In this document: positions 1 to 12,500 of the stretch, piece after piece
Layout of the letters: each line of letters starts with the position of its first letter
How positions within the stretch are numbered: position 1 is the stretch's first letter
Origin: the human T2T-CHM13v2.0 reference genome, Homo sapiens
Strand: one strand, 5' to 3'
Assembly (NCBI RefSeq): GCF_009914755.1
Contig: NC_060931.1
Length of the DNA stretch: 64,000 nucleotides
The notes under the pieces: generated by a model
Told to the model about the DNA's origin: nothing
What the model saw: only the letters and a program-made list of their open reading frames with translations
The model's database searches: none
Program-made: the position numbers and the translations under genes

Positions 1-166
1 GTAGAAAGGGAAATATCTTCAAATAAAAACCAGACAGAGTCATTCTCAGAAAATTCTTTGTGATGTGTGCGTTCAACTCACATAGTTTAACCTTTCTTTT
101 CATAGAGCAGTTTGGAAACACTCTGTTTGTAAAGTCTGCAAGTGGATATATGGACCGCATTGAGGC

Positions 167-183
167 CTTCGTTGGAAACGGGA
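167..183 (+). promoter_or_regulatory. CENP-B box in m1 (canonical), repeated in each HOR
   Basis: CTTCGTTGGAAACGGGA matches the consensus YTTCGTTGGAARCGGGA. Confidence 0.98.
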
Positions 184-506
184 TTTCTTCATTTCATGCT
201 AGACAGAAGAATTCTCAGTAACTTCTTTGTGCTGTGTGTATTCAACTCACAGAGTGGAACGTCCCTTTGCACAGAGCAGATTTGAAACACTCTTTTTGTG
301 GAGTTTGCAAGTGGAGATTTCAAGCGATTTGATGCCAACAGTAGAAAAGGAAATATCTTCAAATAAAAACTAGACAGAATCATTCTCAGAAACTACTTTG
401 TGATGTGTGCCTTCAACTCACAGAGTTTAACCTTTCTTTTCTTAGAGCAGTTTAGAAACACTCTGCTTGTTACGTCTGCAAGTGGATATTTGGACCTCTT
501 TGAGGC

Positions 507-523
507 CTTCGTTGCAAACGGGG
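507..523 (+). promoter_or_regulatory. CENP-B box in m3 (variant with intact core), repeated in each HOR
   Basis: CTTCGTTGCAAACGGGG differs from consensus at positions 9 and 17 but keeps the essential core NTTCGNNNNANNCGGGN. Confidence 0.92.
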
Positions 524-848
524 TTTCTTCCTTTCATGCTAGACTAAGAAGAGTTCTCAGTAACTTTTTTGTGTTGTGTGTATTCAACTCACAGAGTTGA
601 ACCTTGCTTTAGAGAGAGCAGATTTGAAACACTCTTGCTGTGGCATTTTCAGGTGGAGATTTCAAGCGATTTGAGGACAATTGCAGAAAAGGAAATATCT
701 TCGTATAATAACCAGACAGAATCATTCTCAGAAAGTGCTTTGTGATGTGTGCGTTCAACTCACAGAGTTTAACCTTTCTTTTCATAGAGGAGTTTGGAAA
801 CACACTGTTTGTAACGTCTGCAAGTGGATACATGGACCTGTTTGAGGC

Positions 849-865
849 CTTCGTTGGAAACGGGA
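849..865 (+). promoter_or_regulatory. CENP-B box in m5 (canonical), repeated in each HOR
   Basis: CTTCGTTGGAAACGGGA. Box-to-box spacing is 340/342/340 bp (167, 507, 849, 1189). Confidence 0.98.
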
Positions 866-3106
866 TTTCTTCATTGAATGCTAGACGGAAGAATTCTCAG
901 TAAATTCTTTGTGTTGTGTGCATTCAACTCACAGAGTGGAACGTCCCTTTAGACAGAGCAGATTTGAAACACTCTTTTTGCGGAATTTGCAAGTGGAGAT
1001 TTCTAGCCATTTGATGCCAACAGTAGAAAGGGAAATATCTTCAAATAAAAACCAGACAGAATCATTCTCAGAAAATTCTTTGTGATGTGTGCGTTCAACT
1101 CACATAGTTTAACCTTTCTTTTCATAGAGCAGTTTGGAAACACTCTGTTTGTAAAGTCTGCAAGTGGATATATGGACCGCATTGAGGCCTTCGTTGGAAA
1201 CGGGATTTCTTCATTTCATGCTAGACAGAAGAATTCTCAGTAACTTCTTTGTGCTGTGTGTATTCAACTCACAGAGTGGAACGTCCCTTTGCACAGAGCA
1301 GATTTGAAACACTCTTTTTGTGGAGTTTGCAAGTGGAGATTTCAAGCGATTTGATGCCAACAGTAGAAAAGGAAATATCTTCAAATAAAAACTAGACAGA
1401 ATCATTCTCAGAAACTACTTTGTGATGTGTGCCTTCAACTCACAGAGTTTAACCTTTCTTTTCTTAGAGCAGTTTAGAAACACTCTGCTTGTTACGTCTG
1501 CAAGTGGATATTTGGACCTCTTTGAGGCCTTCGTTGCAAACGGGGTTTCTTCCTTTCATGCTAGACTAAGAAGAGTTCTCAGTAACTTTTTTGTGTTGTG
1601 TGTATTCAACTCACAGAGTTGAACCTTGCTTTAGAGAGAGCAGATTTGAAACACTCTTGCTGTGGCATTTTCAGGTGGAGATTTCAAGCGATTTGAGGAC
1701 AATTGCAGAAAAGGAAATATCTTCGTATAATAACCAGACAGAATCATTCTCAGAAAGTGCTTTGTGATGTGTGCGTTCAACTCACAGAGTTTAACCTTTC
1801 TTTTCATAGAGGAGTTTGGAAACACACTGTTTGTAAAGTCTGCAAGTGGATACATGGACCTGTTTGAGGCCTTCGTTGGAAACGGGATTTCTTCATTGAA
1901 TGCTAGACGGAAGAATTCTCAGTAAATTCTTTGTGTTGTGTGCATTCAACTCACAGAGTGGAACGTCCCTTTAGACAGAGCAGATTTGAAACACTCTTTT
2001 TGCGGAATTTGCAAGTGGAGATTTCTAGCCATTTGATGCCAACAGTAGAAAGGGAAATATCTTCAAATAAAAACCAGACAGAATCATTCTCAGAAAATTC
2101 TTTGTGATGTGTGCGTTCAACTCACATAGTTTAACCTTTCTTTTCATAGAGCAGTTTGGAAACACTCTGTTTGTAAAGTCTGCAAGTGGATATATGGACC
2201 GCATTGAGGCCTTCGTTGGAAACGGGATTTCTTCATTTCATGCTAGACAGAAGAATTCTCAGTAACTTCTTTGTGCTGTGTGTATTCAACTCACAGAGTG
2301 GAACGTCCCTTTGCACAGAGCAGATTTGAAACACTCTTTTTGTGGAGTTTGCAAGTGGAGATTTCAAGAGATTTGATGCCAACAGTAGAAAAGGAAATAT
2401 CTTCAAATAAAAACTAGACAGAATCATTCTCAGAAACTACTTTGTGATGTGTGCCTTCAACTCACAGAGTTTAACCTTTCTTTTCTTAGAGCAGTTTAGA
2501 AACACTCTGCTTGTTATGTCTGCAAGTGGATATTTGGACCTCTTTGAGGCCTTCGTTGCAAACGGGGTTTCTTCCTTTCATGCTAGACTAAGAAGAGTTC
2601 TCAGTAACTTTTTTGTGTTGTGTGTATTCAACTCACAGAGTTGAACCTTGCTTTAGAGAGAGCAGATTTGAAACACTCTTGCTGTGGCATTTTCAGGTGG
2701 AGATTTCAAGCGATTTGAGGACAATTGCAGAAAAGGAAATATCTTCGTATAATAACCAGACAGAATCATTCTCAGAAAGTGCTTTGTGATGTGTGCGTTC
2801 AACTCACAGAGTTTAACCTTTCTTTTCATAGAGGAGTTTGGAAACACACTGTTTGTAAAGTCTGCAAGTGGATACATGGACCTGTTTGAGGCCTTCGTTG
2901 GAAACGGGATTTCTTCATTGAATGCTAGACGGAAGAATTCTCAGTAAATTCTTTGTGTTGTGTGCATTCAACTCACAGAGTGGAACGTCCCTTTAGACAG
3001 AGCAGATTTGAAACACTCTTTTTGCGGAATTTGCAAGTGGAGATTTCTAGCCATTTGATGCCAACAGTAGAAAGGGAAATATCTTCAAATAAAAACCAGA
3101 CAGAAT

Positions 3107-4110
3107 CATTCTCAGAAAATTCTTTGTGATGTGTGCGTTCAACTCACATAGTTTAACCTTTCTTTTCATAGAGCAGTTTGGAAACACTCTGTTTGTAAAG
3201 TCTGCAAGTGGATATATGGACCGCATTGAGGCCTTCGTTGGAAACGGGATTTCTTCATTTCATGCTAGACAGAAGAATTCTCAGTAACTTCTTTGTGCTG
3301 TGTGGAACGTCCCTTTGCACAGAGCAGATTTGAAACACTCTTTTTGTGGAGTTTGCAAGTGGAGATTTCAAGCGATTTGATGCCAACAGTAGAAAAGGAA
3401 ATATCTTCAAATAAAAACTAGACAGAATCATTCTCAGAAACTACTTTGTGATGTGTGCCTTCAACTCACAGAGTTTAACCTTTCTTTTCTTAGAGCAGTT
3501 TAGAAACACTCTGCTTGTTATGTCTGCAAGTGGATATTTGGACCTCTTTGAGGCCTTCGTTGCAAACGGGGTTTCTTCCTTTCATGCTAGACTAAGAAGA
3601 GTTCTCAGTAACTTTTTTGTGTTGTGTGTATTCAACTCACAGAGTTGAACCTTGCTTTAGAGAGAGCAGATTTGAAACACTCTTGCTGTGGCATTTTCAG
3701 GTGGAGATTTCAAGCGATTTGAGGACAATTGCAGAAAAGGAAATATCTTCGTATAATAACCAGACAGAATCATTCTCAGAAAGTGCTTTGTGATGTGTGC
3801 GTTCAACTCACAGAGTTTAACCTTTCTTTTCATAGAGGAGTTTGGAAACACACTGTTTGTAAAGTCTGCAAGTGGATATATGGACCTGTTTGAGGCCTTC
3901 GTTGGAAACGGGATTTCTTCATTGAATGCTAGACGGAAGAATTCTCAGTAAATTCTTTGTGTTGTGTGCATTCAACTCACAGAGTGGAACGTCCCTTTAG
4001 ACAGAGCAGATTTGAAACACTCTTTTTGCGGAATTTGCAAGTGGAGATTTCTAGCCATTTGATGCCAACAGTAGAAAGGGAAATATCTTCAAATAAAAAC
4101 CAGACAGAAT
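3107..4110 (+). repeat. HOR variant of 1004 bp with an 18-bp deletion in m2
   Basis: Reads GCTGTGTG|GAACGT at 3304/3305 instead of GCTGTGTG-TATTCAACTCACAGAGTG-GAACGT. ORF spacing 2444 to 3448 is 1004. Confidence 0.96.
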
Positions 4111-7100
4111 CATTCTCAGAAAATTCTTTGTGATGTGTGCGTTCAACTCACATAGTTTAACCTTTCTTTTCATAGAGCAGTTTGGAAACACTCTGTTTGT
4201 AAAGTCTGCAAGTGGATATATGGACCGCATTGAGGCCTTCGTTGGAAACGGGATTTCTTCATTTCATGCTAGACAGAAGAATTCTCAGTAACTTCTTTGT
4301 GCTGTGTGTATTCAACTCACAGAGTGGAACGTCCCTTTGCACAGAGCAGATTTGAAACACTCTTTTTGTGGAGTTTGCAAGTGGAGATTTCAAGCGATTT
4401 GATGCCAACAGTAGAAAAGGAAATATCTTCAAATAAAAACTAGACAGAATCATTCTCAGAAACTACTTTGTGATGTGTGCCTTCAACTCACAGAGTTTAA
4501 CCTTTCTTTTCTTAGAGCAGTTTAGAAACACTCTGCTTGTTATGTCTGCAAGTGGATATTTGGACCTCTTTGAGGCCTTCGTTGCAAACGGGGTTTCTTC
4601 CTTTCATGCTAGACTAAGAAGAGTTCTCAGTAACTTTTTTGTGTTGTGTGTATTCAACTCACAGAGTTGAACCTTGCTTTAGAGAGAGCAGATTTGAAAC
4701 ATTCTTGCTGTGGCATTTTCAGGTGGAGATTTCAAGCGATTTGAGGACAATTGCAGAAAAGGAAATATCTTCGTATAATAACCAGACAGAATCATTCTCA
4801 GAAAGTGCTTTGTGATGTGTGCGTTCAACTCACAGAGTTTAACCTTTCTTTTCATAGAGGAGTTTGGAAACACACTGTTTGTAAGGACTGCAAGTGGCTA
4901 TATGGACCTGTTTGAGGCCTTCGTTGGAAACGGGATTTCCTCATTGAATGCTTGAGGGAAGAATTCTCAGTAAATTCTTTGTGTTGTGTGCATTCAACTC
5001 ACAGAGTGGAACGTCCCTTTAGACAGAGCACATTTGAAACACTCTTTTTGCGGAATTTGCAAGTGGAGATTTCTAGCCATTTGATGCCAACAGTAGAAAG
5101 GGAAATATCTTCAAATAAAAACCAGACAGAATCATTCTCAGAAAATTCTTTGTGATGTGTGCGTTCAACTCACATAGTTTAACCTTTCTTTTCATAGAGC
5201 AGTTTGGAAACACTCTGTTTGTAAAGTCTGCAAGTGGATATATGGACCGCATTGAGGCCTTCGTTGGAAACGGGATTTCTTCATTTCATGCTAGACAGAA
5301 GAATTCTCAGTAACTTCTTTGTGCTGTGTGTATTCAACTCACAGAGTGGAACGTCCCTTTGCACAGAGCAGATTTGAAACACTCTTTTTGTGGAGTTTGC
5401 AAGTGGAGATTTCAAGCGATTTGATGCCAACAGTAGAAAAGGAAATATCTTCAAATAAAAACTAGACAGAATCATTCTCAGAAACTACTTTGTGATGTGT
5501 GCCTTCAACTCACAGAGTTTAACCTTTCTTTTCTTAGAGCAGTTTAGAAACACTCTGCTTGTTACGTCTGCAAGTGGATATTTGGACCTCTTTGAGGCCT
5601 TCGTTGCAAACGGGGTTTCTTCCTTTCATGCTAGACTAAGAAGAGTTCTCAGTAACTTTTTTGTGTTGTGTGTATTCAACTCACAGAGTTGAACCTTGCT
5701 TTAGAGAGAGCAGATTTGAAACACTCTTGCTGTGGCATTTTCAGGTGGAGATTTCAAGCGATTTGAGGACAATTGCAGAAAAGGAAATATCTTCGTATAA
5801 TAACCAGACAGAATCATTCTCAGAAAGTGCTTTGTGATGTGTGCGTTCAACTCACAGAGTTTAACCTTTCTTTTCATAGAGGAGTTTGGAAAGACACTGT
5901 TTGTAAGGACTGCAAGTGGATATATGGACCTGTTTGAGGCCTTCGTTGGAAACGGGATTTCTTCATTGAATGCTAGACGGAAGAATTCTCAGTAAATTCT
6001 TTGTGTTGTGTGCATTCAACTCACAGAGTGGAACGTCCCTTTAGACAGAGCAGATTTGAAACACTCTTTTTGTGGAATTTGCAAGTGGAGATTTCTAGCC
6101 ATTTGATGCCAACAGTAGAAAGGGAAATATCTTCAAATAAAAACCAGACAGAATCATTCTCAGAAAATTCTTTGTGATGTGTGCGTTCAACTCACATAGT
6201 TTAACCTTTCTTTTCATAGAGCAGTTTGGAAACACTCTGTTTGTAAAGTCTGCAAGTGGATATATGGACCGCATTGAGGCCTTCGTTGGAAACGGGATTT
6301 CTTCATTTCATGCTAGACAGAAGAATTCTCAGTAACTTCTTTGTGCTGTGTGTATTCAACTCACAGAGTGGAACGTCCCTTTGCACAGAGCAGATTTGAA
6401 ACACTCTTTTTGTGGAGTTTGCAAGTGGAGATTTCAAGCGATTTGATGCCAACAGTAGAAAAGGAAATATCTTCAAATAAAAACTAGACAGAATCATTCT
6501 CAGAAACTACTTTGTGATGTGTGCCTTCAACTCACAGAGTTTAACCTTTCTTTTCTTAGAGCAGTTTAGAAACACTCTGCTTGTTATGTCTGCAAGTGGA
6601 TATTTGGACCTCTTTGAGGCCTTCGTTGCAAACGGGGTTTCTTCCTTTCATGCTAGACTAAGAAGAGTTCTCAGTAACTTTTTTGTGTTGTGTGTATTCA
6701 ACTCACAGAGTTGAACCTTGCTTTAGAGAGAGCAGATTTGAAACACTCTTGCTGTGGCATTTTCAGGTGGAGATTTCAAGCGATTTGAGGACAATTGCAG
6801 AAAAGGAAATATCTTCGTATAATAACCAGACAGAATCATTCTCAGAAAGTGCTTTGTGATGTGTGCGTTCAACTCACAGAGTTTAACCTTTCTTTTCATA
6901 GAGGAGTTTGGAAACACACTGTTTGTAAAGTCTGCAAGTGGATACATGGACCTGTTTGAGGCCTTCGTTGGAAACGGGATTTCTTCATTGAATGCTAGAC
7001 GGAAGAATTCTCAGTAAATTCTTTGTGTTGTGTGCATTCAACTCACAGAGTGGAACGTCCCTTTAGACAGAGCAGATTTGAAACACTCTTTTTGCGGAAT

Positions 7101-8198
7101 TTGCAAGTGGAGATTTCTAGCCATTTGATGCCAACAGTAGAAAGGGAAATATCTTCAAATAAAAACCAGACAGAATCATTCTCAGAAAATTCTTTGTGAT
7201 GTGTGCGTTCAACTCACATAGTTTAACCTTTCTTTTCATAGAGCAGTTTGGAAACACTCTGTTTGTAAAGTCTGCAAGTGGATATATGGACCGCATTGAG
7301 GCCTTCGTTGGAAACGGGATTTCTTCATTTCATGCTAGACAGAAGAATTCTCAGTAACTTCTTTGTGCTGTGTGTATTCAACTCACAGAGTGGAACGTCC
7401 CTTTGCAGAGAGCAGATTTGAAACACTCTTTTTGTGGAGTTTGCAAGTGGAGATTTCAAGCGATTTGATGCCAACAGTAGAAAAGGAAATATCTTCAAAT
7501 AAAAACTAGACAGAATCATTCTCAGAAACTACTTTGTGATGTGTGCCTTCAACTCACAGAGTTTAACCTTTCTTTTCTTAGAGCAGTTTAGAAACACTCT
7601 GCTTGTTACGTCTGCAAGTGGATATTTGGACCTCTTTGAGGCCTTCGTTGCAAACGGGGTTTCTTCCTTTCATGCTAGACTAAGAAGAGTTCTCAGTAAC
7701 TTTTTTGTGTTGTGTGTATTCAACTCACAGAGTTGAACCTTGCTTTAGAGAGAGCAGATTTGAAACACTCTTGCTGTGGCATTTTCAGGTGGAGATTTCA
7801 AGCGATTTGAGGACAATTGCAGAAAAGGAAATATCTTCGTATAATAACCAGACAGAATCATTCTCAGAAAGTGCTTTGTGATGTGTGCGTTCAACTCACA
7901 GAGTTTAACCTTTCTTTTCATAGAGGAGTTTGGAAACACACTGTTTGTAAAGTCTGCAAGTGGATATATGGACCTGTTTGAGGCCTTCGTTGGAAACGGG
8001 ATTTCCTCATTGAATGCTTGAGGGAAGAATTCTCAGTAAATTCTTTGTGTTGTGTGCATTCAACTCACAGAGTGGAACGTCCCTTTAGACAGAGCAGATT
8101 TGAAACACTCTTTTTGCGGAATTTGCAAGTGGAGATTTCTAGCCATTTGATGCCAACAGTAGAAAGGGAAATATCTTCAAATAAAAACCAGACAGAAT

Positions 8199-9560
8199 CA
8201 TTCTCAGAAAATTCTTTGTGATGTGTGCGTTCAACTCACATAGTTTAACCTTTCTTTTCATAGAGCAGTTTGGAAACACTCTGTTTGTAAAGTCTGCAAG
8301 TGGATATATGGACCGCATTGAGGCCTTCGTTGGAAACGGGATTTCTTCATTTCATGCTAGACAGAAGAATTCTCAGTAACTTCTTTGTGCTGTGTGTATT
8401 CAACTCACAGAGTGGAACGTCCCTTTACACAGAGCAGATTTGAAACACTCTTTTTGTGGAGTTTGCAAGTGGAGATTTCAAGCGATTTGATGCCAACAGT
8501 AGAAAAGGAAATATCTTCAAATAAAAACTAGACAGAATCATTCTCAGAAACTACTTTGTGATGTGTGCCTTCAACTCACAGAGTTTAACCTTTCTTTTCT
8601 TAGAGCAGTTTAGAAACACTCTGCTTGTTATGTCTGCAAGTGGATATTTGGACCTCTTTGAGGCCTTCGTTGCAAACGGGGTTTCTTCCTTTCATGCTAG
8701 ACTAAGAAGAGTTCTCAGTAACTTTTTTGTGTTGTGTGAATTCAACTCACAGAGTTGAACCTTGCTTTAGAGAGAGCAGATTTGAAACACTCTTGCTGTG
8801 GCATTTTCAGGTGGAGATTTCAAGCGATTTGAGGACAATTGCAGAAAAGGAAATATCTTCGTATAATAACCAGACAGAATCATTCTCAGAAAGTGCTTTG
8901 TGATGTGTGCGTTCAACTCACAGAGTTTAACCTTTCTTTTCATAGAGGAGTTTGGAAACACACTGTTTGTAAGGACTGCAAGTGGATATATGGACCTGTT
9001 TGAGGCCTTCGTTGGAAACGGGATTTCTTCATTGAATGCTAGACGGAAGAATTCTCAGTAAATTCTTTGTGTTGTGTGCATTCAACTCACAGAGTGGAAC
9101 GTCCCTTTAGACAGAGCAGATTTGAAACACTCTTTTTGTGGAATTTGCAAGTGGAGATTTCTAGCCATTTGATGCCAACAGTAGAAAGGGAAATATCTTC
9201 AAATAAAAACCAGACAGAATCATTCTCAGAAAATTCTTTGTGATGTGTGCGTTCAACTCACATAGTTTAACCTTTCTTTTCATAGAGCAGTTTGGAAACA
9301 CTCTGTTTGTAAAGTCTGCAAGTAGATATATGGACCGCATTGAGGCCTTCGTTGGAAACGGGATTTCTTCATTGAATGCTAGACGGAAGAATTCTCAGTA
9401 AATTCTTTGTGTTGTGTGCATTCAACTCACAGAGTGGAACGTCCCTTTAGACAGAGCAGATTTGAAACACTCTTTTTGCGGAATTTGCAAGTGGAGATTT
9501 CTAGCCATTTGATGCCAACAGTAGAAAGGGAAATATCTTCAAATAAAAACCAGACAGAAT
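8199..9560 (+). repeat. 8-mer HOR structural variant (1362 bp) with one extra 340-bp dimer (hybrid m1/m5 monomer plus m6)
   Basis: ORF spacing 8558 to 9920 is 1362. The monomer at 9221 begins as m1 (CACATAGT, GGACCGCAT) and ends as m5 (ATTGAATGCTAGACGG). Confidence 0.96.
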
Positions 9561-12500
9561 CATTCTCAGAAAATTCTTTGTGATGTGTGCGTTCAACTCA
9601 CATAGTTTAACCTTTCTTTTCATAGAGCAGTTTGGAAACACTCTGTTTGTAAAGTCTGCAAGTGGATATATGGACCGCATTGAGGCCTTCGTTGGAAACG
9701 GGATTTCTTCATTTCATGCTAGACAGAAGAATTCTCAGTAACTTCTTTGTGCTGTGTGTATTCAACTCACAGAGTGGAACGTCCCTTTGCACAGAGCAGA
9801 TTTGAAACACTCTTTTTGTGGAGTTTGCAAGTGGAGATTTCAAGCGATTTGATGCCAACAGTAGAAAAGGAAATATCTTCAAATAAAAACTAGACAGAAT
9901 CATTCTCAGAAACTACTTTGTGATGTGTGCCTTCAACTCACAGAGTTTAACCTTTCTTTTCTTAGAGCAGTTTAGAAACACTCTGCTTGTTATGTCTGCA
10001 AGTGGATATTTGGACCTCTTTGAGGCCTTCGTTGCAAACGGGGTTTCTTCCTTTCATGCTAGACTAAGAAGAGTTCTCAGTAACTTTTTTGTGTTGTGTG
10101 TATTCAACTCACAGAGTTGAACCTTGCTTTAGAGAGAGCAGATTTGAAACACTCTTGCTGTGGCATTTTCAGGTGGAGATTTCAAGCGATTTGAGGACAA
10201 TTGCAGAAAAGGAAATATCTTCGTATAATAACCAGACAGAATCATTCTCAGAAAGTGCTTTGTGATGTGTGCGTTCAACTCACAGAGTTTAACCTTTCTT
10301 TTCATAGAGGAGTTTGGAAACACACTGTTTGTAAAGTCTGCAAGTGGATACATGGACCTGTTTGAGGCCTTCGTTGGAAACGGGATTTCTTCATTGAATG
10401 CTAGACGGAAGAATTCTCAGTAAATTCTTTGTGTTGTGTGCATTCAACTCACAGAGTGGAACGTCCCTTTAGACAGAGCAGATTTGAAACACTCTTTTTG
10501 CGGAATTTGCAAGTGGAGATTTCTAGCCATTTGATGCCAACAGTAGAAAGGGAAATATCTTCAAATAAAAACCAGACAGAGTCATTCTCAGAAAATTCTT
10601 TGTGATGTGTGCGTTCAACTCACATAGTTTAACCTTTCTTTTCATAGAGCAGTTTGGAAACACTCTGTTTGTAAAGTCTGCAAGTGGATATATGGACCGC
10701 ATTGAGGCCTTCGTTGGAAACGGGATTTCTTCATTTCATGCTAGACAGAAGAATTCTCAGTAACTTCTTTGTGCTGTGTGTATTCAACTCACAGAGTGGA
10801 ACGTCCCTTTGCACAGAGCAGATTTGAAACACTCTTTTTGTGGAGTTTGCAAGTGGAGATTTCAAGCGATTTGATGCCAACAGTAGAAAAGGAAATATCT
10901 TCAAATAAAAACTAGACAGAATCATTCTCAGAAACTACTTTGTGATGTGTGCCTTCAACTCACAGAGTTTAACCTTTCTTTTCTTAGAGCAGTTTAGAAA
11001 CACTCTGCTTGTTACGTCTGCAAGTGGATATTTGGACCTCTTTGAGGCCTTCGTTGCAAACGGGGTTTCTTCCTTTCATGCTAGACTAAGAAGAGTTCTC
11101 AGTAACTTTTTTGTGTTGTGTGTATTCAACTCACAGAGTTGAACCTTGCTTTAGAGAGAGCAGATTTGAAACACTCTTGCTGTGGCATTTTCAGGTGGAG
11201 ATTTCAAGCGATTTGAGGACAATTGCAGAAAAGGAAATATCTTCGTATAATAACCAGACAGAATCATTCTCAGAAAGTGCTTTGTGATGTGTGCGTTCAA
11301 CTCACAGAGTTTAACCTTTCTTTTCATAGAGGAGTTTGGAAACACACTGTTTGTAAAGTCTGCAAGTGGATACATGGACCTGTTTGAGGCCTTCGTTGGA
11401 AACGGGATTTCTTCATTGAATGCTAGACGGAAGAATTCTCAGTAAATTCTTTGTGTTGTGTGCATTCAACTCACAGAGTGGAACGTCCCTTTAGACAGAG
11501 CAGATTTGAAACACTCTTTTTGCGGAATTTGCAAGTGGAGATTTCTAGCCATTTGATGCCAACAGTAGAAAGGGAAATATCTTCAAATAAAAACCAGACA
11601 GAATCATTCTCAGAAAATTCTTTGTGATGTGTGCGTTCAACTCACATAGTTTAACCTTTCTTTTCATAGAGCAGTTTGGAAACACTCTGTTTGTAAAGTC
11701 TGCAAGTGGATATATGGACCGCATTGAGGCCTTCGTTGGAAACGGGATTTCTTCATTTCATGCTAGACAGAAGAATTCTCAGTAACTTCTTTGTGCTGTG
11801 TGTATTCAACTCACAGAGTGGAACGTCCCTTTGCACAGAGCAGATTTGAAACACTCTTTTTGTGGAGTTTGCAAGTGGAGATTTCAAGCGATTTGATGCC
11901 AACAGTAGAAAAGGAAATATCTTCAAATAAAAACTAGACAGAATCATTCTCAGAAACTACTTTGTGATGTGTGCCTTCAACTCACAGAGTTTAACCTTTC
12001 TTTTCTTAGAGCAGTTTAGAAACACTCTGCTTGTTACGTCTGCAAGTGGATATTTGGACCTCTTTGAGGCCTTCGTTGCAAACGGGGTTTCTTCCTTTCA
12101 TGCTAGACTAAGAAGAGTTCTCAGTAACTTTTTTGTGTTGTGTGTATTCAACTCACAGAGTTGAACCTTGCTTTAGAGAGAGCAGATTTGAAACACTCTT
12201 GCTGTGGCATTTTCAGGTGGAGATTTCAAGCGATTTGAGGACAATTGCAGAAAAGGAAATATCTTCGTATAATAACCAGACAGAATCATTCTCAGAAAGT
12301 GCTTTGTGATGTGTGCGTTCAACTCACAGAGTTTAACCTTTCTTTTCATAGAGGAGTTTGGAAACACACTGTTTGTAAAGTCTGCAAGTGGATACATGGA
12401 CCTGTTTGAGGCCTTCGTTGGAAACGGGATTTCTTCATTGAATGCTAGACGGAAGAATTCTCAGTAAATTCTTTGTGTTGTGTGCATTCAACTCACAGAG

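Larger units (their letters stand above)
41..1062 (+). repeat. Representative HOR unit. Monomers (my numbering m1-m6) start at 41, 210, 381, 552, 723 and 892, with lengths 169, 171, 171, 171, 169 and 171 bp
   Basis: Monomers were phased on the (C/A)(A/G)TTCTCAG motif and the next HOR starts at 1063. m1, m3 and m5 carry CENP-B boxes; m2, m4 and m6 do not. Confidence 0.93.

Noticed and set aside
336-352. pJ-alpha (A-box) site in the box-negative monomers
   Set aside because: CAACAGTAGAAAAGGAA lies at the expected position but matches the recalled consensus only partially, so I cannot support a functional call.
8738-8743. Extra EcoRI site (GAATTC) created by a singleton substitution in m4
   Set aside because: A single point variant, useful only as a marker.
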